Shown: positions 10,065 through 19,861 of the stretch, piece by piece
How positions within the stretch are numbered: the first letter of the stretch is position 1
How the letters are laid out: each line of letters starts with the position of its first letter
Source of the DNA: Candidatus Kapaibacterium sp.
Lineage (GTDB): Bacteria > Bacteroidota > Ignavibacteria > Palsa-1295
Reading direction: 5' to 3'
Length of the DNA: 64,000 nt
Assembly (NCBI GenBank): GCA_039923455.1
Contig: JBDTCS010000135.1
Span: forward strand, 13,492 to 77,491
Notes under the pieces: model-generated
What the model saw: the letters and a program-made list of their open reading frames with translations, nothing else
What the model was told of the DNA's origin: nothing
The model's database searches: none
Program-made: the position numbers and the translations under genes

Positions 10065-11948
10065 ATGGCAAATATTTTTATTTCGTATAGTACGCAGGAT
10101 CGGACCAAGGCAACCAAGCTTTGTGATAATTTTCGTGCGCGCGGATATTCCGTCTGGATGGATGAGACGAATATCAGCGCAGCAACACAGTGGTCCAGCG
10201 AGATCGTCCGGGCGATCGAGGCAAGCAGTGTGTTTATCATTTTGCTTTCGCACTCATCGGTTGGGTCGCATAATGTCATAAAGGAGCTCTCGCTCGCATC
10301 GGAGAAGAAGAAGCACATCATTCCGGTGGAACTGGAGCCCACTGAAATTCCGCACGACTTGCAATATCAACTCGCAGGCATTCAGCGGGTGCCATACAGC
10401 GAGACAGCACGTATCGAAGCTGCGGTCGCACGGTTTGTTGGGGGAACGCCCACGATGCCGGAGCAGATCGCAAAAGCGAGTACACGCACCAAAGCAAATG
10501 TGGGATTTGGAAAATTATGGCTTCGCGCTGGCGTTCCGATAGCTTTGATCTTGATAGCAGCCGGTGTTTACTTTTTTGCAATAAAGAAAGGATCCATATC
10601 CGTTGAGCCTGTTAGTGCCTCTTCAGCTGCTTCGGCGAGGACGTGGCGAGTTGCGGTGCTGCCATTCGAAAGTCTCAGTTCTAATAAAGACGACGAATAT
10701 TTTGCCGAGGGCGTCACGGCATCGCTCATCAGTACGTTATCCCCACTTGCCGGAATTCGGGTAACCAATCGCAAGACTGCGATGGAATACAAGGGCAAAA
10801 AACTTGATCCAAAAACCATCGCCACCGAACTCGGCGTACGGTTCCTTGTCGATGGAACCGTACAGAAGGATGCGCAGCATGTAAAGATCAATGTGCAATT
10901 GATCGATACGAAGAATGGTAAAACGATCTTCGCGGATGACTTCGACGGTCCGCTCACGGATGCGCTGCGGACGCAGGATCAACTCGCACGAGCGATCGCA
11001 TTCGAATTGCAGAGCAAGTTGCTCGTAACGTTCGACTCCAGTTGGTATCTCGGTACTGCAAATCAAGAGTGCTACACCGCGTTTATGCAGGGAGCCCAGT
11101 ACATTGAAAATGCCGATAGTCTGCAACACATGGCCGCAGGGCTTGCGTTATTGGAGAAGGCCTCCAAGCTCGATCCAAAGTTTGCATGGCCCTATGTCAT
11201 GCGTGCGAACTACTATTTCCAGCGTTTTGCAACGCTCTCCCACGATCCGCACGATATCGAAATTATCGACTCACTTGCGAAATACATCGAGCGGACCGAC
11301 CCAAATTTTGCGTACGCAAATCTCTTGCTCGCTCAGGTCGCGAGCGTCCGAGTTGATCTCGAGGGTGCATTGCAACAATCGATGCTATTTATCCGAAAGC
11401 AACCGGACGATGCATTGGGCTATGCGCTCGCAGCGAAGTGTTATTACGCGAAGCGTGACTTCAATAAAACAGTAACGTTTGAGCAGGAAGTCATAAAGCA
11501 AGATATTACACGGCTTTGGGATTGGAATATCTTGATTGGGTGCCTGCAATCCCTCGGCGCCACCAAAGAGAGAGATCACTACATAGATCTCGCACTTCCC
11601 CTATTCGACCGTTATCTCGAAAAGCATCCATCTTCACTTTCCATACGGATTTGGTACGGGCAGCTACTCGCATACACGAACGATAAGCTTGCCACGCACC
11701 GACAAGTTGAGAAGATACTTCAGAGTGACCATCTTGAGACCACCGATTATTACAATCTGGCGTGTATCTATTCCGTGCTAAACGAGCCTGCGCCGGCGAT
11801 CTCGATGCTTAAGACTGCGCTGTCGAATGGCTACCGAAGTGTAGAATCGATTAGCACAGACCCTGACTTTAAAAACATCCGCGAGACCCCCGCATTCAAA
11901 GCGCTTCTCAAAGAAGCCGATACGAAGGCAGCACCCCTCAAACCGTAA
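10065..11948 (+). CDS. TIR-domain transmembrane protein: N-terminal cytoplasmic TIR, one TM helix, TolB-N-like domain, C-terminal TPR solenoid
   Basis: Residues 1-130 match TIR (ANIFISYSTQD..GYSVWMDE..SSVFIILLSHSSVGSHNVIKELSLA, with the conserved Glu in ..KEL..). TM helix ~aa 150-172 (GVPIALILIAAGVYFFAI). Then the TolB-N-like/curli-like periplasmic module (RVAVLPFESLS..DEYFAEGVTASLISTLS..IRV..GKKLDPKTIATELGVRFLVDGTVQ..VKINVQLIDTKNGKTIFADDFDG..DALRTQDQLARAIAFEL). Then TPR-like helices ending ..DPDFKNIRETPAFKALLKEA. Confidence 0.75.
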   Translation: MANIFISYSTQDRTKATKLCDNFRARGYSVWMDETNISAATQWSSEIVRAIEASSVFIILLSHSSVGSHNVIKELSLASEKKKHIIPVELEPTEIPHDLQYQLAGIQRVPYSETARIEAAVARFVGGTPTMPEQIAKASTRTKANVGFGKLWLRAGVPIALILIAAGVYFFAIKKGSISVEPVSASSAASARTWRVAVLPFESLSSNKDDEYFAEGVTASLISTLSPLAGIRVTNRKTAMEYKGKKLDPKTIATELGVRFLVDGTVQKDAQHVKINVQLIDTKNGKTIFADDFDGPLTDALRTQDQLARAIAFELQSKLLVTFDSSWYLGTANQECYTAFMQGAQYIENADSLQHMAAGLALLEKASKLDPKFAWPYVMRANYYFQRFATLSHDPHDIEIIDSLAKYIERTDPNFAYANLLLAQVASVRVDLEGALQQSMLFIRKQPDDALGYALAAKCYYAKRDFNKTVTFEQEVIKQDITRLWDWNILIGCLQSLGATKERDHYIDLALPLFDRYLEKHPSSLSIRIWYGQLLAYTNDKLATHRQVEKILQSDHLETTDYYNLACIYSVLNEPAPAISMLKTALSNGYRSVESISTDPDFKNIRETPAFKALLKEADTKAAPLKP

Positions 11949-11979
11949 TCCAAGTAGGGTAAACCAGTCTCCTTCATCG

Positions 11980-13989
11980 GTGGTTGTATTCACCGGAGTT
12001 TTGTGTATTCTTCGTCATGGTTATTTTTCCTGTTTTGATTTCTCATTTCTGCTAAAGTGTATGCTCTTCAACTTTCGTCCTATAGCTAAGGTCGCAGCCA
12101 TGATTGGTTGCACGATGGGTATGCTCTCCTCGACTGGAGGTGCTCAAACCACTATAACTCGTCCTGCAACTCCACCAGCGGTGACAGTTATGAGGAGTTC
12201 GCGCCCAGTGCCTGGTGCCGCGCTGATTATTCGTCATGCACCGAACACAGAGCAAGAGCAGGTACAACAACCCGAGCAGCAATTGACGGTCTATAGTCAC
12301 GGTGATCCGACGAACGAAGAGCAATTCGTTCTCGAAATGATCAATCGTGCTCGTGCAAATCCAACAGCCGAGGGTCTATTGCTTAGCACAACGAACGACC
12401 CAGATATCACCAATTCGTACACGCAATTCGGTACCCCAAGCCGAGCAAAAGTAAAGGCCGATTTTGCAACTTATCCAGCGCAACCACCGCTTGCGTTCAA
12501 TGCAAAGTTGATCTCTGCTGCACGAGGACATAGTCAGGATATGCTCGATCATAATTTTCAGGGACATAACGGCAGCAACGGATCAGCGTTCACGGATCGA
12601 CTGAATTCCGCAGGGTATACGGGTTGGACGGGTGCAGGAGAGAATGTCTTTTGCTATGGCAACAGCATGTTTGATATTCATGCGAGCTTCAATATTGATT
12701 TCGGTAACGATGCAACGCTCGGTCATCGGCAGAATATCATGAATTTCACAGGCTCGGTATTCACAGAAGTAGGGCTCGGAATAATTCACGGTGGTAGCGG
12801 CTTGCCGGATGTGGGGCCGATCCTAACAACAGAAGATTTTGCCGATGCCGGCAAGACGTTCATTCTTGGCGTTGTGTACGATGACAAAAATCACAATGGC
12901 TTTTATGATCCCGGCGAAGGGCTCGCAGGTGTGACGATCAAAGCATCTTCCGGTACTTACACCGCCGTTACTTCTACCTCGGGCGGCTATGCAATTCCGT
13001 TCTCGGGTTCCGGTAATGTAAGCGTAACGGCGTCCGGTGGGCCGCTGACCACAACCGTCACGCATATCATTGACTTCAATGCTGCCAACGTCAAGGTTGA
13101 TTTTACACCAGACAAAACCGGCCTGCCTTCGATTGTAACGCTGGTTGTTCCGCTTGCCGACACGACGATCAATCTTGATAGTGTTCGCTTCACGTGGAAT
13201 AAGGTATCGGGTGCGACTGTCTATCGTTTGCAAGTCGCGACAGATTCACTCTTCAAAAAGCTACTCGTTAGTGACTCGACACTCACGGATACATCGAAGG
13301 CATATCGCGGATTGAAAGATAGTGGCAGCTATTGGTGGCGCGCGCAAGCGAAGAATGCAAAAGGATGGGGTGACTATTCTCTGATCCAATCGTTCGGTGT
13401 GTCGCTTCCTCCGAACTCTGTTTTGTATGTTTCGCCATTGAACGCAGCTACGGTTGACACAGGGTACATCACATTCAGATGGCGGCCGTCCGCGAATCGT
13501 GTGACGGGATATTGGTTCATGCTTTCGAAAACTGCCGCGATGACGAACCCGATCGTTAACGATTCCGCTGTCTTCGATACGGAGACGTACGTCTTCTCAC
13601 ATGATCTCATGCAAGGCCAAACATACTATTGGCTAGTGCGAGCACAGAATGATATCGGTTGGAGCACCGCAGGTACTCCGAGAAGTTTTGTACTAAGCAC
13701 GGCGTCGGTTACGCTCAGCGCAGCAAGCGGTGCTCACTCGCTGATGGCGTCACCGAATCCAACTTCCGGCGAAACGCATATTCGCTTCACACTTGAAGCC
13801 TCACAAAGTGTATCACTCAAAATATTTAATACGCTCGGAGAAGAGATCGAGACGCTCGTTGCAGGGAAACTCACGCCGAACAATTATGATCTGACCTGGA
13901 ATGCAAAAGCGCTACCGGCAGGTGTGTACGTGTATCAATTACGCTCGGGTGATCGCGTCGAGAGCGGACAAATTATTCTGACGCGTTAA
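11980..13989 (+). CDS. Secreted CAP/SCP/PR-1-like domain protein with Fn3/Ig-like repeats and T9SS C-terminal sorting domain
   Basis: CAP-superfamily-like segment (..ARGHSQDMLDHNFQGHNG....LGHRQNIMNF..). Repeated ~90-aa beta modules. C-terminal T9SS CTD (ASPNPTSGETHIRF..KIFNTLGEEIETLV..LPAGVYVYQLRSG). The true start may be an internal Met. Confidence 0.55.
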   Translation: MVVFTGVLCILRHGYFSCFDFSFLLKCMLFNFRPIAKVAAMIGCTMGMLSSTGGAQTTITRPATPPAVTVMRSSRPVPGAALIIRHAPNTEQEQVQQPEQQLTVYSHGDPTNEEQFVLEMINRARANPTAEGLLLSTTNDPDITNSYTQFGTPSRAKVKADFATYPAQPPLAFNAKLISAARGHSQDMLDHNFQGHNGSNGSAFTDRLNSAGYTGWTGAGENVFCYGNSMFDIHASFNIDFGNDATLGHRQNIMNFTGSVFTEVGLGIIHGGSGLPDVGPILTTEDFADAGKTFILGVVYDDKNHNGFYDPGEGLAGVTIKASSGTYTAVTSTSGGYAIPFSGSGNVSVTASGGPLTTTVTHIIDFNAANVKVDFTPDKTGLPSIVTLVVPLADTTINLDSVRFTWNKVSGATVYRLQVATDSLFKKLLVSDSTLTDTSKAYRGLKDSGSYWWRAQAKNAKGWGDYSLIQSFGVSLPPNSVLYVSPLNAATVDTGYITFRWRPSANRVTGYWFMLSKTAAMTNPIVNDSAVFDTETYVFSHDLMQGQTYYWLVRAQNDIGWSTAGTPRSFVLSTASVTLSAASGAHSLMASPNPTSGETHIRFTLEASQSVSLKIFNTLGEEIETLVAGKLTPNNYDLTWNAKALPAGVYVYQLRSGDRVESGQIILTR

Positions 13990-14007
13990 ACGAATTGACA
14001 GAGCGCT

Positions 14008-15486
14008 TTAAGAAAGGATAGGGAACATAGCGGCCGGTTGTGCAATGCCGATATGTTCCTTCGGCTCGATGTTCGAGATCACAAGCGGTGTGAGATCATA
14101 GAGCACATCACCGCGATCAAGCCCATGTTCCGGAGTCGTATGTTCTGCGCGGTGAACGTCGGTTAATCGACCAATGAGTGTCGCCGCGTTTGCACTAATA
14201 ATCTCCACCAAACGATATTCACCGACTTCCGCATCCATGCGCGGAAAAACAACCGTCCAATTCGTATCGGTGCGGCCTTTCCACTGATCAGCATCTTTTT
14301 TTGAACGACCTTCGACAAGCACGGTTTGTCTGGTGCCGAGCTGCACCTGATTCTTGATGCCGGCAATTTCTCGTTGTATGACGATCAACTCCTGTAATCG
14401 TCGAGTCTTTTCGGCGAGTGGAACATCGTCTTCAAGTGTATCATAAGCTCGCGTGTTCGGACGAGGCGAGTAGTTAAACATGTAGGCGCCCTCATAACCT
14501 ACTTCCTCCATCACACGCTTCGTCATCTCGTGATCTTCGAGCGTCTCGGTACAAAAACCTACGATGACATCGGTCGATAGCGCGACTTCCGGCATCGCTC
14601 GTTTGACCATCTCGATGATCGACATATAGTGCGCACGCGTGTAGGTGCGATTCATCAACTTCAGAATCCTATCGGAGCCGGATTGAAACGGAAGGTGAAT
14701 ATACTTGCAAATATTGTCGTGCGAAGCCATCGTATCGACAAGCTTCTGATCAAAATCTTGCGGGTGACTTGTCGTGTAGCGAATGCGAAGATGAGGCACA
14801 GCTTTCGCACATGCCGCGAGCAGATCGGAAAAATCAAACCCGAGATCTTCGTAGGAATTTACATTTTGTCCGAGCAGCGTGATCTCTCGAAAGCCTTGCT
14901 GTTCCAGTGTTTTGCACTCATCGACGATCGAAGCTAACTCGCGTGAGCGTTCACGTCCGCGTGTGAAGGGTACGACGCAAAACGTACAAAACTTATCACA
15001 GCCGCGCATGACAGAAATATATGCACTGATGCCGTCAGCACGAAAGGGAAGAATATCGGAATAGGTCTCGGTGCGTGATAGCTGGACAGAGATACCCTTT
15101 TCGCCGGAACCGAGCGTCGATTCGATCAACTGTGGAAGCTTGCGATACTCGTCCGGTCCAATCACCAGATCAACCACATTCTCGGAGTTCTGCAACAGAT
15201 CTTTACGCAGATGTTCGGCCATACATCCCAGCACACCAACCACCATCTCCGGACGCTTTTTCTTTAAGCTCTTCCAGTGGTTCAGCCTATTCCAAACTTT
15301 TTCTTCTGCGTTCTCACGAATCGCGCAGGTGTTCATGAACGCGATCGTAGCTTCGGCGATATTTGCGGTCGGAGTATAACCTGCGTTGTGCAGAACAGAA
15401 AGTACGACCTCTGTGTCAGCCACGTTCATTTGGCATCCGTAGGTCTCGATGTATACTTTCTTTTGAGTTGTAAGGTCGTCCTGCAT
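14008..15486 (-). CDS. miaB: tRNA-i6A37 methylthiotransferase MiaB (radical SAM)
   Basis: N-terminus KVYIETYGCQMNVADTEV.., radical-SAM CxxxCxxC (CDKFCTFC), TRAM-like C-terminus; 492 aa. Confidence 0.85.
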   Translation of the reverse strand: MQDDLTTQKKVYIETYGCQMNVADTEVVLSVLHNAGYTPTANIAEATIAFMNTCAIRENAEEKVWNRLNHWKSLKKKRPEMVVGVLGCMAEHLRKDLLQNSENVVDLVIGPDEYRKLPQLIESTLGSGEKGISVQLSRTETYSDILPFRADGISAYISVMRGCDKFCTFCVVPFTRGRERSRELASIVDECKTLEQQGFREITLLGQNVNSYEDLGFDFSDLLAACAKAVPHLRIRYTTSHPQDFDQKLVDTMASHDNICKYIHLPFQSGSDRILKLMNRTYTRAHYMSIIEMVKRAMPEVALSTDVIVGFCTETLEDHEMTKRVMEEVGYEGAYMFNYSPRPNTRAYDTLEDDVPLAEKTRRLQELIVIQREIAGIKNQVQLGTRQTVLVEGRSKKDADQWKGRTDTNWTVVFPRMDAEVGEYRLVEIISANAATLIGRLTDVHRAEHTTPEHGLDRGDVLYDLTPLVISNIEPKEHIGIAQPAAMFPILS

Positions 15487-15645
15487 GATTCAAGTTCGAA
15501 TTCGTTCGCCTCTTCGCCTCGATCGGGAACAGCTTCCGAGCCTATGCGTTGTTCAGCGATACAGATTAGGTCCGCCGGGAGCACTCTCGCGATGGTGCTC
15601 GTTACAGACAGAGCGAACTGTCAAATAATTTCATAAACGGAACAG

Positions 15646-16695
15646 ATGGCAAATAAGGCCCAAAAAGCGATTCTTCTTTCGATCTTCGCCGTAGCAACCG
15701 TTCTTCTCATTGCTAATGCTGCCCAAGCGCAATTTTGGCATGTATTGCCTCCGCTTGCGACGGAAAAAAGTCTGAATGCGAGCTTCTCCCAGGATGAAAA
15801 GCAGGTGTTCTATCTTGCAAAGTCCGAGGCAGGGATAGCAAATATCTATCGGATTCCGATCAAAGGTGGTGCACCGGTCGCTGTGACAACGTACACGAAT
15901 GCACCGATCGTGCGTGCGTTCCATTTTACCAATCGTCCATACGTTGCCTACATGCAGGCCAAGACAAAAGAAGGCACCGACTATCACATTTATCGCGTCG
16001 CCGATGATGGAAAAGGCGGGCCTCTCGATCTAACGCCAACAGAACCGGGAGTAGAGAATATTATCATCGGGGCTTCGTACAATGGCATGTACATTTATTA
16101 TACCTCGAATAAGGAGAATCGCGGAAAGATAGATGTTTATCGCTACGACACGCAGCAATTCGTTTCTGAATTGGTTTTTCCGAACGATAAAGATTACCAA
16201 GTTCTGGCATGGACACGTGACCACATGAAGTTGCTCGTCCTCGATCCTGGCCCGGGTTCGATCTCACTTTTTGATGTCGTCACCACTCAGCGTCAAAAGC
16301 TTGCGGATCCTTATGCGGGCGGAAAGTTCGATTGGGCAGTGCTTGATCCATCCGGCCATTCACTGTTCGTCCTCGAAACGATCTCCGGCTCGACAACCGA
16401 AAAACAATTGGATATTGCATCTACTGTTTGGAAGACGCTAGGAACGGTCGATCTTAAGAGCCTTGACTATTCTCCGAACGGAAAGTTTTTGCTTTCGAGC
16501 GATGGACACAAGACCAGCGTGAAGGAGATAGCTACGCAAACAGAACTTGGACTTCCAAACGAAGCCGAGCACATAGCGATCGCACCGAAAGAAACCTTGG
16601 TGCTCTACACTACAACGGACGCCGCAGGAGCAATGTCTTTACATCTTTATGATATCACGAAGAAGACGACACTTGATCTTGTTATAGTAAAGTAA
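15646..16695 (+). CDS. Secreted beta-propeller-like hypothetical protein (TolB/DPP-IV-N-like repeats)
   Basis: Signal peptide MANKAQKAILLSIFAVATVLLIANAAQA; repeated ~45-aa beta-strand blocks; 349 aa. Confidence 0.5.
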   Translation: MANKAQKAILLSIFAVATVLLIANAAQAQFWHVLPPLATEKSLNASFSQDEKQVFYLAKSEAGIANIYRIPIKGGAPVAVTTYTNAPIVRAFHFTNRPYVAYMQAKTKEGTDYHIYRVADDGKGGPLDLTPTEPGVENIIIGASYNGMYIYYTSNKENRGKIDVYRYDTQQFVSELVFPNDKDYQVLAWTRDHMKLLVLDPGPGSISLFDVVTTQRQKLADPYAGGKFDWAVLDPSGHSLFVLETISGSTTEKQLDIASTVWKTLGTVDLKSLDYSPNGKFLLSSDGHKTSVKEIATQTELGLPNEAEHIAIAPKETLVLYTTTDAAGAMSLHLYDITKKTTLDLVIVK

Positions 16696-16764
16696 GTTAG
16701 AAAGAACTTGTAGTTTGCCAATTTTTCGTACCGCTCAACAGGTCATAATACATTCTTACCAATC

Positions 16765-18087
16765 TTGATGGACGCATTCAGAGTTAAAGGAGGGAAGCCT
16801 CTTCACGGAACCGTGCGCGTGAGCGGTACAAAGAATCTGATCTCGAAACTGATGGTCGCGTCGATGCTCGCCGACACTCCGAGCACATTCACAAATGTGC
16901 CTGTGCATCTGGGCGAGGTGGATATAACCGGTGATATCGCTCGGTCTCTCGGCTCCAAGATCGACTTCTCAAGCGATCATCACGGTACCATGTGTATCAA
17001 CACTCCGAAGTTCGAGACTACCATCGTACCCAAGCGGTTCGCCGGTATGAATCGTATTCCGATCTTGATGCTCGGACCAATGCTACATCGTATGGGGACA
17101 GCCTCTGTGCCAATGCCGGGTGGAGATAACATCGGTAAACGTCCCGTTAATTTTCACATTGCGGCATTGCAAGAGATGGGCGCGATCGTGGAATACTCCG
17201 ACGGATACTTCACGTGCACTGCCGAGAAACTTGTTGGCACTTCGCTTGTGCTACCGTTTCCATCGGTCGGTGCGACCGAGAATATCATGATGGCCGCTAC
17301 ACTCGCCGAGGGTACAACGATCATCGATAACGCAGCCGTTGAGCCTGAGATCGTCGAACTCATGAAATTCCTGCAAAAGATGGGGGCGATTATTTCGCTT
17401 GAAACAAATCGACGCATTATCATCGAAGGTGTGAAGCGTTTAGCCGGAGCGGAGCAATTCGTGATGCCGGATCGGATCGAAGCAGCGAGCTTTGCATGTG
17501 CTGCGATCGCAACACGCGGAGATATCTTTGTCGAAGGTGCTCAGCAATCGACGATGATCACTTTTCTAAATGCGCTTCGTAAGGCCGGTGCAGATTTTGA
17601 AGTGAGCGAATTCGGAATTCGTTTTTTCTATACCGGAAGATTAAAGCCACTCGCGATCGAAACCGATGTGCATCCCGGTTTCATGACCGATTGGCAGCAG
17701 CCGTGGGTGCTGATGATGACGCAGGCCGACGGAATGTCGGTGATCCATGAAACGGTGTATGAAGATCGTTTTGGGTATGTGAAGGAATTGCAAAAGATGG
17801 GTGCAAAGATCGAGCTCTATAAATCTTGCCTCGGTGGAAATCCGTGCCGATTTAAAACACTTGTGCATCCTCACTCGGCCGTTATACTTGGACCAACCAA
17901 ACTAAAGGGTGGCACCATTCATATTCCTGATCTTCGTGCAGGCTTTGTTTATCTTATTGCAGCTTCACTTGCTGAAGGCGAGAGCACCGTCCTCGGAATT
18001 CATCATGTCGAGCGCGGCTACGAGAAAATTCAAGATAAGCTTTTAGGACTCGGTGTTGATATCGAGAGAATACAAGTCGCGGATTAA
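16765..18087 (+). CDS. murA: UDP-N-acetylglucosamine 1-carboxyvinyltransferase
   Basis: FRVKGGKPLHGTVRVSGTKN.., active-site region ..MPGGDNIGKRPVNFHI..; 440 aa; full-length resemblance to MurA. Confidence 0.9.
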   Translation: MMDAFRVKGGKPLHGTVRVSGTKNLISKLMVASMLADTPSTFTNVPVHLGEVDITGDIARSLGSKIDFSSDHHGTMCINTPKFETTIVPKRFAGMNRIPILMLGPMLHRMGTASVPMPGGDNIGKRPVNFHIAALQEMGAIVEYSDGYFTCTAEKLVGTSLVLPFPSVGATENIMMAATLAEGTTIIDNAAVEPEIVELMKFLQKMGAIISLETNRRIIIEGVKRLAGAEQFVMPDRIEAASFACAAIATRGDIFVEGAQQSTMITFLNALRKAGADFEVSEFGIRFFYTGRLKPLAIETDVHPGFMTDWQQPWVLMMTQADGMSVIHETVYEDRFGYVKELQKMGAKIELYKSCLGGNPCRFKTLVHPHSAVILGPTKLKGGTIHIPDLRAGFVYLIAASLAEGESTVLGIHHVERGYEKIQDKLLGLGVDIERIQVAD

Positions 18088-18113
18088 TCTCATGCGAGCT
18101 AACTGCTTACGAG

Positions 18114-19496
18114 TTACAATCGAATAAACCTTCCAATGGCGATTGATCCATTCGAACCCGTCGTCCGAACCGTGTACCAGCCGCTCGGGAGCGCATGCGT
18201 ATCGAGTGCGAAGTTGGTTTTCCCTATCAACGTGTAGCGAAGCAGAACTCGCCCAAGTACATCCTGTACTTCCATTGTGCAGTTCGCTCCCAAACCTTGC
18301 CATGAAATATTCGTTGTGTTTTCTGCCGGATTGTCTGATAGGTGCAGCACGAGATTGGGTTCCGAACGCAGCGTGTGAACACCACTCGGGACCTTTCCGA
18401 TAAAGAGACCTGCATCGGTTCCGACAGCAAGGGTGCCACTAGAAGTATCATGTTTGATCATCCAAATTTTTCCAACAAGCGGCTTGCGCGGAAAACCGGT
18501 TGAATCCCAAGTATGCCCTCCATCGAACGACTCCTCCACGAGTCCGCCTTTGCTGGAATCCGGCCCACCTTGCAAAAATATTCCCGTCCAGAGATGTTGT
18601 GGTAATCCATTTTTTAACATGGCAGCATGTTGATCGATCTCGATCGCCCATGCATGTGGGTCAGGTGAGGGAAGCGTTGTCCAGTGTAAGCCATGATCTG
18701 TCGTCTCGACGATAGAAGCTTCGTTCGATTTCCAGCGTGTTGCGATCGCGACTTGCGGCGAATATTTTGAATAGACTATCTTCGGAATTTCCGGCATAGT
18801 CGCAAGATCGGCAGGATAGACGGGAGCCCAATGGGCGCCTTCGTCGGACGATCGAGCGATCACACCATCGAGCGAACCGGCAAGCAGTACCTTCGAATTG
18901 TCCGGCGAAACCGAGAGTGCGCAAAGTCCGACGCTGGTATCTGCGGGGCCAGTTTCTTGCCACGTTGCGCCATGATCGAGTGATCGATAGACGGGTCCCT
19001 GAAAATTCTGACCGTAATAGAGCGCGTCGGTTTTTTTGTGGTAAGTAAGATCCTCACCATCGATGCCCCCCGGATCGAGGACAACGCTCCAGTTTTTCCC
19101 ACCATTCGTCGAACGAAACGCCTTTCGAGTCGAGACTGCGAGGACGACATTTGTGTCGGATTCGAGGCAGAGGATCTGGCCAATATTTGTGGAGACAAAC
19201 TCTTCAAGGCCAGCACGGTAGTTTTGCCAGTAGAAGCCACCGTCGTCAGATCGCGAAATTCCTATAGAATCGGGGGAAGCCGCAAAGAGTATCCGGCCAT
19301 GCGAAAGGGGATTGAATTCGACACAGGGGATCTCTGCCAAGTAGGTCTTCTGCCAGTGGTACGATTGAGCCTCGACCATCGAACCAGTCACGCTTAGGAA
19401 GCTGAGGAGCAATAGCCAAAGACGGAATATTTCTCCCAGTCGATTCGCACCCGGTAACATTGTCAGAAACGAGGACTTATTCGAGCGTTCAAACAT
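18114..19496 (-). CDS. BNR/Asp-box repeat protein (Ycf48/sialidase-like beta-propeller) with T9SS C-terminal sorting domain
   Basis: Six SxDxGxTW-type BNR motifs (SDDGGFYWQ, STNGGKNWS, SLDHGATWQ, SSDEGAHWA, TTDHGLHWT, SFDGGHTWD). Signal peptide. C-terminal T9SS CTD (..DNPAENTTNISW..VQDVLGRVLL..LPSGWYTVRT..). Confidence 0.7.
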   Translation of the reverse strand: MFERSNKSSFLTMLPGANRLGEIFRLWLLLLSFLSVTGSMVEAQSYHWQKTYLAEIPCVEFNPLSHGRILFAASPDSIGISRSDDGGFYWQNYRAGLEEFVSTNIGQILCLESDTNVVLAVSTRKAFRSTNGGKNWSVVLDPGGIDGEDLTYHKKTDALYYGQNFQGPVYRSLDHGATWQETGPADTSVGLCALSVSPDNSKVLLAGSLDGVIARSSDEGAHWAPVYPADLATMPEIPKIVYSKYSPQVAIATRWKSNEASIVETTDHGLHWTTLPSPDPHAWAIEIDQHAAMLKNGLPQHLWTGIFLQGGPDSSKGGLVEESFDGGHTWDSTGFPRKPLVGKIWMIKHDTSSGTLAVGTDAGLFIGKVPSGVHTLRSEPNLVLHLSDNPAENTTNISWQGLGANCTMEVQDVLGRVLLRYTLIGKTNFALDTHALPSGWYTVRTTGSNGSIAIGRFIRL

Positions 19497-19861
19497 TGAT
19501 AGTGTGGTTTATTCCATCGCTTCAATTTGCAGTAAGGTTACCGGTTGCAATTAGAAGCGATAGAACAAACCACTCGTTCCAGAGTAAGGGATTGCGGGAA
19601 GGCTCACCATCGCCAAATTTTCCGCGTTGTTACGCTCTCAATGAGAGTTACCCACTTTTTGTTGTGTTGTTGTGTAACCGAAGCCAGGTTCGGGCAGTCA
19701 AAAAAAGAGGGTGCAGAATGCACCACAACAGATCCGTCTAGAGTATCTACAAAAGGCTGCTGGAAAAGGCTGCTGGACAATTCGTTCTGTTTTTCAGATA
19801 ACATCTCCTTGTCATGATATCAGCTGCTACACATTCCAATTGAGTCAGAAGCTTTGGCGCA

